Source: Octopus bimaculoides (taxonomy: Eukaryota). From it: 32,085 nt of DNA. Positions 24,359 through 32,085 of this stretch are shown piece after piece; position 1 is the first letter of the stretch; the number at the start of each line of letters is the position of its first letter. The notes under the pieces are model-generated. The model worked only from the letters and a program-made list of their open reading frames with translations, made no database searches and was not told the origin of the DNA. The DNA lies in contig NC_068989.1 in assembly GCF_001194135.2 (NCBI RefSeq), positions 66,518,031 through 66,550,115 on the forward strand, read 5' to 3'. A program made the translations under genes and the position numbers.

Positions 24359-25518
24359 GAAGAGTAAGTTTAAGAGTGCTAATGCAATATTCACAAACTA
24401 GCGCTCAGGTAAATCTGAAACTTTAACTGCAGCTCAAGGCTAGGTAACTCCGGTGTAGGAAGTCGGATCTTCACCGATAGAGTAAAGAAGTATAAAAGAT
24501 CGATAAGCAAAACTAAGCATAAGGAGTCTATTTACATGATAGCATGTGTATAAGAATATATGAATGAGGCAATCAAGTTTTACCTTTACAGCTGTTTCGG
24601 ATAAATAACCGATGCCCATAACCAAATAATAAGTACAATAATATTGTAGGTGTATAGATCAACACAGATTTTAGATATCCGTGATGCGACATCATTTTAT
24701 TCTCATCAAAAGATTTTGGCGATTAGCATAATGTGAAACATTGTTTATATGGAAAACTAAGTAAGAGAGATAGAATGGGAGATAAAGTGAGAAACATAAA
24801 GAAAAATGGACAAGATGTAGAAGGGTCGTTACTGAGGTACAGTTTTTAATTAGAAGACATCAGTTGATGGCATCAAGAAGATAGAGGCATAATAATCGGA
24901 GATATCGAACTGGAGAAAAGGAAGGTATTAGCTTTATTAAGGAGAGTGTAGTACGAAATGATCACATCACACATACCGTTCCAAAGAAAAAGTTTATCTT
25001 TTATGAAGGAATAAAACTATAAAGAATGCATTCACTAAGACGTTCTAAGATTTCTCCTTTGATGACAAACTAGAGAACTAACAACTCTGAAGCCATTATA
25101 CTTAAATTGGATTAGAAATCTTCCAAGAATTTTCGCTTGACTACAAATCAGGAATGTGATAAAAAGGACAACTCTGATATCATGCTTGAAATGGGTTTGA
25201 ATCTTAACAAAAATTTCTTTTCTAAATTGGCTTATACATGTGAAGAACGGTAAGCTTTTGCCTTGCTAAATCATTGACAATTGAACGCTCAACGATTAGA
25301 ATTAATAACGATACTAAATCCGCACGCAGTGTTCATGATAATTTTCTGTACGTTCATTTGATTTATTCAACTGTACATAATGTTATCAATGCAAAGAAGT
25401 TACAAATAGTTTATTATATGCTATACATATTGAATAATTTTATTTATTATACATATTGGGTCATCCCATAAATAATGCGTTTTTTTTAATACTTTTGTTA
25501 TTTTTCAAAATCAAAATA

Positions 25519-25911
25519 AACACACATGCACACACACATAACAACACGCAAACACATGAATATGCAGAATACATACATACAAACGTACACACATACATAT
25601 ATACATACGCACACACATATATACATGCATACATACATACATAGATACATACATGTGTATGCGTGCACACTGACCCACATACATGCGCACAAACAGACAA
25701 AAAGAAGGCAGCTCGTATAACGGACAGAGTCAACAACTATTGAAAAGTTTACTAGACGCAACGAAAATTTTAGAAAAATAAATAAATGAGTGGAAACTTT
25801 ACCGGTGAATTTGTCAAATAATAAGGCACTAAAAGAGAATGACTCTCTCCAGACACAACAAAATATACTTCAACATCTCAACTCACATAAAGAATCTTGC
25901 AAGCCGAATCT
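25519..25911. mobile_element. Secondary insertion in the mariner 3' UTR (CATA-microsatellite-containing repeat)
   Basis: Flanked by AAAATCAAAATA (25507-25518) and AAAATCGAAATA (25912-25923), a 12-bp direct repeat with 1 mismatch. Removing it restores the canonical ~1.3 kb mariner length. Confidence 0.6.
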
Positions 25912-25941
25912 AAAATCGAAATATAATAACAAACTTCTTTT

Positions 25942-26971
25942 CTAATCTAAAATACACTCTCCTTGATTTTCTACAATTCTCTTCCATCTATCTTATAGAC
26001 TTGCAAAGCCCCTCTTCCAAACTTTACATGTCCGTGACGAAAAATACTCCTCCAGTACTGTTCTGATCTCGTCTACAGAATTCATATTTTTTCCGTCCAA
26101 ATGATTTTGAAAACTGCGGAATGAATTATAATCAGATGGGGCAACGTCCGGCGAAAATGGTGGCTAAAGCATCGTTTCCTATTCAAACTGCTCCAGCCTT
26201 TGAAATGTCATCCGCGCTGTATGTGGCCGAGCATTATCCTGATGGAAGAATATCTTTCGTCTTGAAACCAAGGATGGTCGTTTTTCTTCTAGCGCTGTCT
26301 TAAGCCGCTCAAACCTCTCACAGTAGATCTCCTTTGTTATCGTTTGGTTTCGGCTTAAAATTTCAAAGTGGACTAAACCTCCCATATCCTACCAAACAGA
26401 TAACAACACCTTACGTGGGTGAAGACCTTCTTTAGCTTGGGGCGCTGGTGTTTCTCCCTTCCCTATCCATTGTTTTCGGCACTTAACATTTTTGTAGAGA
26501 ACCCATTTCTCGTCACCTATTACTATTCGGTCGAAAAAATGTTTCATTCGTGAGACGTGACCGCAAAGAAGAGCATACATTCACTCTCTGCGCGCGATTA
26601 GACTCGGAAAGTTTGTGTGGAAACCATTGACCCAATTTGCTGACTTTTCCGATGACACGCAAGTGATAATGAGTGGTTGAATGACCAAATCCAAACTTCT
26701 CTGCTAGTTCCTCAACAGTTACGATAGGATTTTGTTCCACCAGGGTTTACAAGACGTCCTCATCGAGCTCTACAAATATTCCAGGATGAGGCTCGTCTTC
26801 CAGGCTGTAGTTTCTGGCTCGGAATTTCTGGAACCACCGTTGACACTGACTTACGCTTATTGTCCGATCCCCATATACTACATTAGTATTCCTCACACTT
26901 TCCGTTACGTTGTTGCCTTTATTGAACTCATAAAGCAAAATATGCCGAATATGTTCCTTTGTCACTTCCAT
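25942..26971 (-). pseudogene. Mariner transposase pseudogene (DD34D)
   Basis: MEVTKEHIRHILLYEF (HTH), QWFPHKL (WVPHEL-like), GDEKW, HQDNARPH, PPFSPDVAPSDY. Exactly 34 residues lie between the 2nd and 3rd D. Ends ...IVENQGECILD*. Contains frameshifts and in-frame TAG stops. Confidence 0.92.
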
Positions 26972-27434
26972 TATAGCTTTCAAAATATGACTGTTAAAAT
27001 CGAACTGCATTCTTCAAATCTTTCACTAAGAATAAGGTCAAGGTAAAATTACTACCTTCTTTTATAGTAAGTTGATGCAGGTAGTTTATCCCGTCCTCCT
27101 CCGACTTTTAGTTCATACAGCTGAAAAAGCTGCATTATTTATGGGATGACCCATTATTATGCATATAATAAAATTACGACTGAATATAATAAGTGATAAT
27201 TATCAACTTGTATATAAGGAGAAAGTGAATATAAAATCACCTCCTACATTCTCTTGACAGTTTTACATAAAATCTTTAGTAGGAGCAGCGAAGACTAAAA
27301 AGTATGTTTCACTACGACATCATGTTAATGAAAGATATCAAGGGGAAGTGAATATTCTGGTGAAGAATCTCAGGATCAGTTCTGTACCGTACAAAATATG
27401 CCTTTAAAAATCTGGTTCTAACTGAGCTAAAAAT

Positions 27435-27480
27435 CATCTTTGCCTTTCATCCTTCTGAGGTCGGTAAAATTGGTACTAGT
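27435..27480 (+). mobile_element. Isolated SINE central-domain fragment
   Basis: CTTTGCCTTTCATCCTTCTGAGGTCGGTAAAATTGGTAC resembles the central motif of the 20789-21018 SINE. Confidence 0.4.
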
Positions 27481-30400
27481 TAGGTACTAAGGACGATGTT
27501 TTCGACTCTTCTCTCCACACCAAAACAAAAAGTGTAACTGTATGTCTCTATATAAATATGCTTATTAGTGATATTCTGAATATAAATATGATTATTAGTG
27601 ATATTCTGTCTTTGAAATCCAAATGAATGCTGCGTAAAATATGCACGTAAAAAATCTGACATGAAACATTCAGGAAAATATGCTATATCAGAAACGACTG
27701 GTCATTTATGACCAAACTGAAACCGCTTCTTTTATCCCAAACAACTCATAAAATTCCAAAATGCAAACCTATGTTTTATAAATAATCCTATTCTAAATAT
27801 TTGTATTCTCTAGTATAGAATCGGAAAGTGTTGTGTGATAAATAACTTCATAAGGGACTATGACTACTAACCGGTTTCGTTTGTCACTTAAAGTTAGCAT
27901 TGTCTCCATATTCTATTAATGCCTATGGTAGTTATTTATCCTGATCAATACCCTTTCATGTTTTGTTTTCTTGTCAAACTATCGTTTTCATGTCTAGTTA
28001 TCATGTTTAACACTCCCTTTCATGTTTTGTAATATATCAGTAGCCTGCCTGCACTATATCTGCTGTATTGTTTCTTAAAGGATCCAAACACCATTGTAAT
28101 CTAGTAAGTAATCAAAGTGTCTCAATTTTTCTATTGTGCGTGTTGTTTACTAACCTTATTGAACATGGTTCATCTTTGTAACAAAGAAACACGTGAACAC
28201 TTTCTGTATCATACTACTCAATAGAGAAGACATTTTGAAAATGGCTTTAATGGAGGTGAAATTATATTTAACGAAACACTAAGTTTTTCCTATTCATATA
28301 GAATACAAAAGGTTTTCATAGAAATATTTCATTCTTAGGTATCATTACTTCGTTTCAGTTTCTTGTTCTTTTCTCTAGTTTTTGTGGCTATGTTCTCTGG
28401 TTATTCTTTTGTATGAGCATTATTATATACCTTCATCAGTCTATAATGGTTTAGATGAAATTTACACTGAATGAATGAACAGATAAATAAATAAATTAAT
28501 AATAACTCATATTGAAACGTTTTGAGAAGATACAATAAAATTGCTGAAATTACAGGAAATTTATAAATTTGTATTCAGATTCATTGATAAATAAAGCCCG
28601 AGGGTATATATTCTTTATACAAACATTCTACATGACAGATTCACCCATTAGTTAACTGCATTTGACAGATGTATTAAATGAGCCATCGTCAAAGATGTAT
28701 TAAAAGAGCCAACGTAAAAGTTGTTGGATTCAGAACCAGATTCCGTGTATAGATTACAAGGTTGAACAAAAACAGTTAATATTTCTTTAACGTCCTCAGG
28801 GATTTTGAGAGCATCAATAGACATTTTCTTAGTATTTTAAGTATTCTCTGCATCACCATACTTACTTCTATATACTCCATCTATTGATTTACTCATACAC
28901 AATTTATTACAACAGAAACAGATGAGTATGGGTCGTATTGTGTCATGGTATTATTGAAAACATTACTATATACTCTGAGCTCAAGTGTCGCCAAATCCAC
29001 GAGATTTGATTCAAAATGTCTACTTGAACATCCAACAATACAAGAAGAATAAAATAAAGTAGTAATCAAGCATTGGAGATCAGTTACATTAATAATCACC
29101 CTTGTTCAAAACGTGTACTGTATTCAAATAACTATTTATATACATCACTCTTTTGGGTAAAATGTATTAAGAATAAAAATATGTTTATTCTAATACGAGT
29201 AACATCTTGCAGAATGAGCATACTGCTATGCTGAACAGTGATAAATCAGTTTAGTACTAGTTGTTACTGCGCTCTTTCTTTTTTAGAGCAAAATCTGTAT
29301 TTGCGTCATTCTTAATAACTTCACTCAATTTTATTAACTTTTAACAACCAATACATATAACTCATGAATTTCTGTGTGATTTGTCACCTACCCGCAGCAC
29401 AACAAGCGAGAGTTGTGTTTTAGCCAGTAGGGTAAAGTTAAAACTCGATCTTTATAATATTTGACAATATTTTCCTTCAATGCAAAACTCTATATACAAT
29501 ATAATTTTTCTTTACATCGATGATATACTTTCGAAAATTATCCACCGACTAATCAAATTGTGTGTGCCGTGTGAAAGTGCGTATATAAGATTAGGTAAGT
29601 TGAAAACTTTGTATTAAATTATATCATTCTTGAAATTCAACGAAAAATACCCGCTATATTTGCTTTGTAAGATCCACCCTAAATGCATTATGCCTTCTTA
29701 AAGATATAATCTCAGCAATTCTTCAAATATACTATATGTGTAAAACAATTGTACTCCGACATTGCCGCATTCTAATGACCGAAACTACTATACATATATA
29801 TAATTGCATAATATTTTTATTTGTTTTGTTAAATGTTTTAATTCGGTCTGTTTTCCTCGCATACTGTTTTTCTCTGTTATATTGGTGCGCTACGGTGGAT
29901 TACTTAAGACTTGGCTCTTATTTCTAGCAGGTAGATGCTCATTAAGCATCATTACGATATTTCATAGCTCCTTAAAGCTATCATAACTGCGTTCCACCAA
30001 TGCTACTACTGGTGATATCATCAAATTTTGAATTTATCCACAGATGATATGAACAGTAGTGACATCGAACTTCAAATCTCCGTGTTTGAATATTTCATTT
30101 AAATATATATATATATATATATATATANNNNNNNNNNNNNNNNNNNNNNNNNNNNNNNNNNNNNNNNNNNNNNNNNNNNNNNNNNNNNNNNNNNNNNNNN
30201 NNNNNNNNNNNNNNNNNNNNNNNNNNNNNNNNNNNNNNNNNNNNNNNNNNNNNNNNNNNNNNNNNNNNNNNNNNNNNNNNNNNNNNNNNNNNNNNNNNNN
30301 NNNNNNNNNNNNNNNNNNNNNNNNNNNNNNNNNNNNNNNNNNNNNNNNNNNNNNNNNNNNNNNNNNNNNNNNNNNNNNNNNNNNNNNNNNNNNNNNNNNN

Positions 30401-31049
30401 NNNNNNNNNNNNNNNNNNNNNNNNNNNNNNNNNNNNNNNNNNNNNNNNNNNNNNNNNNNNNNNNNNNNNNNNNNNNNNNNNNNNNNNNNNNNNNNNNNNN
30501 NNNNNNNNNNNNNNNNNNNNNNNNNNNNNNNNNNNNNNNNNNNNNNNNNNNNNNNNNNNNNNNNNNNNNNNNNNNNNNNNNNNNNNNNNNNNNNNNNNNN
30601 NNNNNNNNNNNNNNNNNNNNNNNNNNNNNNNNNNNNNNNNNNNNNNNNNNNNNNNNNNNNNNNNNNNNNNNNNNNNNNNNNNNNNNNNNNNNNNNNNNNN
30701 NNNNNNNNNNNNNNNNNNNNNNNNNNNNNNNNNNNNNNNNNNNNNNNNNNNNNNNNNNNNNNNNNNNNNNNNNNNNNNNNNNNNNNNNNNNNNNNNNNNN
30801 NNNNNNNNNNNNNNNNNNNNNNNNNNNNNNNNNNNNNNNNNNNNNNNNNNNNNNNNNNNNNNNNNNNNNNNNNNNNNNNNNNNNNNNNNNNNNNNNNNNN
30901 NNNNNNNNNNNNNNNNNNNNNNNNNGGTGAATACAGTGTCTTCCGTTTCCACCAACGGCAGCGGACGTACTGTTACAAAACTTCGTGCTCTGTAAAAACA
31001 GAATAGATGCCCTATGGAGGAAAGAGGGGATTAATCGTGGGTACGCAGC

Positions 31050-31727
31050 CCACTTTTTAGCATTGCAGAATTGGCAATTGAACCGCATTTCCCCTATATT
31101 TATGTCAGCGCGGATGGAGTAATTAAAGTTGGGCTCATACTTGAAAGCCCGTAGGTGCCAGTAAGGGCTGCTGGGACTCGTCACACCGCACGCAGCTTCT
31201 CACCGTTGACTGTTCCGCTGCAACGTAGAACGTTGCCCGTGTTGGTCGTGGGAAGGTCTCGCAGCAGTAGCAGAAGCCACGTTTTCAATGGTAATGGTCC
31301 GCCCATCTGCATCTTCAGAAGCCATGGAAGCGGTATTAGCGGCAGTGTTCCTAGCAAAGCGAGTTGTCCGTTGTTCCAAACGTTCGGAAGACCTGGAAGC
31401 GGCAGTTGCTGCAGCGTTTGTAGCCAGTCAAGTGGCTCTTTGTTCCTAGCCCTCTGAAGACCTGGAAGCAGCATTAGCAGCAGCGTTTCTAGCTAGGCGA
31501 GTCACCCTTTGTTCCGGGCCCTCTGTAGCCCTGAAAGCAGCATCGTATGAAGCCATTTTGGCTAGGCGTACGGTGCGCTGTTGGAAACTTTCAGCAGCTC
31601 AGCATTCTGCTGAACGTAAGGCGCTCTGTGAAAGTCTAACAGGAGTTTGGTCGGAGGACTCGTTTGCTCTAATCGCCTTTAGCACCAGTGCTGATGCGGT
31701 ATAAGAACTTCTCTTTTTCGGTGGCAT
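31050..31727 (-). pseudogene. Decayed Helitron-like RepHel N-terminal fragment with 23-aa STPR-like repeats
   Basis: One frame from ATG 31727 (MPPKKR...) through E.xQR..RLA repeats with a 69-bp period to RAFKYEPNFNYS...IGEMRFNCQFCNAKKW. The last part resembles the AF.Y.P...IG.M...C..C.A.KW zinc-finger region of animal Helitron RepHel proteins. Four in-frame stops, no frameshift. Confidence 0.7.
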
Positions 31728-32085
31728 TCCATGTCTCAAAGAAAGGGTGAAATTACTTGTACAGAGAAATTGTTTTGGAAAGTGTGTATAAAATTGAAGG
31801 GGGGGGTGATAAGAAACGGCAAATGAATAAATAAACTGACAGGTATTTGTATGTATGTGTATATTTGTATGTATGTGTGTATTTGTATGTATGTTATCAA
31901 TCAGTTTCATTTCTGTATTTCTTGTCCATAGAGAAAGAGCCGGACTCTAACATAGATTCAAGGCTCCTTCATTGGAACTTTTATCAACATCAACTAGGTA
32001 TTTGTGCATATGTGTGTGTGTGCAGTATTTGGTGTTAGTGTATGCGCAGATTTGTATGTTTGTTTTATGGATGCGTTTTTATGTC

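Larger units (their letters stand above)
25456..27154 (-). mobile_element. Complete but inactive mariner (DD34D) element with both TIRs and TA target sites
   Basis: 22-bp perfect inverted match TGGGTCATCCCATAAATAATGC (25457-25478) / GCATTATTTATGGGATGACCCA (27132-27153), with TA at 25454-25455 and 27155-27156. Length is 1699 bp, or 1294 bp without a 405-bp insertion. Confidence 0.93.

Noticed and set aside
24700-25260. Purine-rich stretch suggestive of decayed LINE ORF2
   Set aside because: No diagnostic motif found in any frame.
28650-29100. Candidate upstream UTR exon (AA|GTAAGT donor at 28865-28860) and a 58-codon minus-strand ORF (MSIDALKIPEDVKE...)
   Set aside because: GTAAGT is expected several times by chance in 30 kb of AT-rich DNA, and the ORF has no recognisable motif. 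It needs transcript data.
30059-31006. Long ORFs of 286-361 aa here and at 2792-3361 and 14802-15560
   Set aside because: Their length comes from N-gaps translated as X.
31155-31474. ORFs 31155-31457 (+) and 31181-31474 (-)
   Set aside because: These are alternative frames of the GC-rich 69-bp repeat region. The stop-interrupted frame from 31727 is the one with coherent repeats and the zinc-finger motif.
31200-31601. Rescue of the Helitron-frame stops by A-to-I editing (UGA/UAG to Trp) or selenocysteine
   Set aside because: The stops fall at Arg positions of the repeat, which CpG decay explains more simply. Four independent recoding events would be needed.

Overview
This is AT-rich, microsatellite-dense eukaryotic DNA with several N-gaps. 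The repeat landscape looks like an invertebrate, most likely an octopus/cephalopod draft assembly (inference). One host gene is present, on the minus strand: a three-coding-exon class A (rhodopsin-like) neuropeptide GPCR of 479 aa, most similar to trissin receptors (CDS join 18561-18396, 11937-11777, 5081-3969; GT-AG introns, phases 1 and 0). The rest is intronic or upstream DNA holding dead mobile elements: a DD37D/maT-type Tc1-mariner relic, a Penelope-like RT/GIY-YIG fragment, two full-length tRNA-derived SINEs with perfect target-site duplications, several older SINE relics, a complete but decayed DD34D mariner carrying a secondary insertion, and a second mariner 5' end interrupted by a SINE. 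At the right end is a decayed Helitron-like RepHel N-terminus carrying five 23-aa STPR-like repeats, the most unusual element seen. Most other ORFs in the track are microsatellite or N-gap artefacts. All family assignments come from motif recognition; no database search was run.
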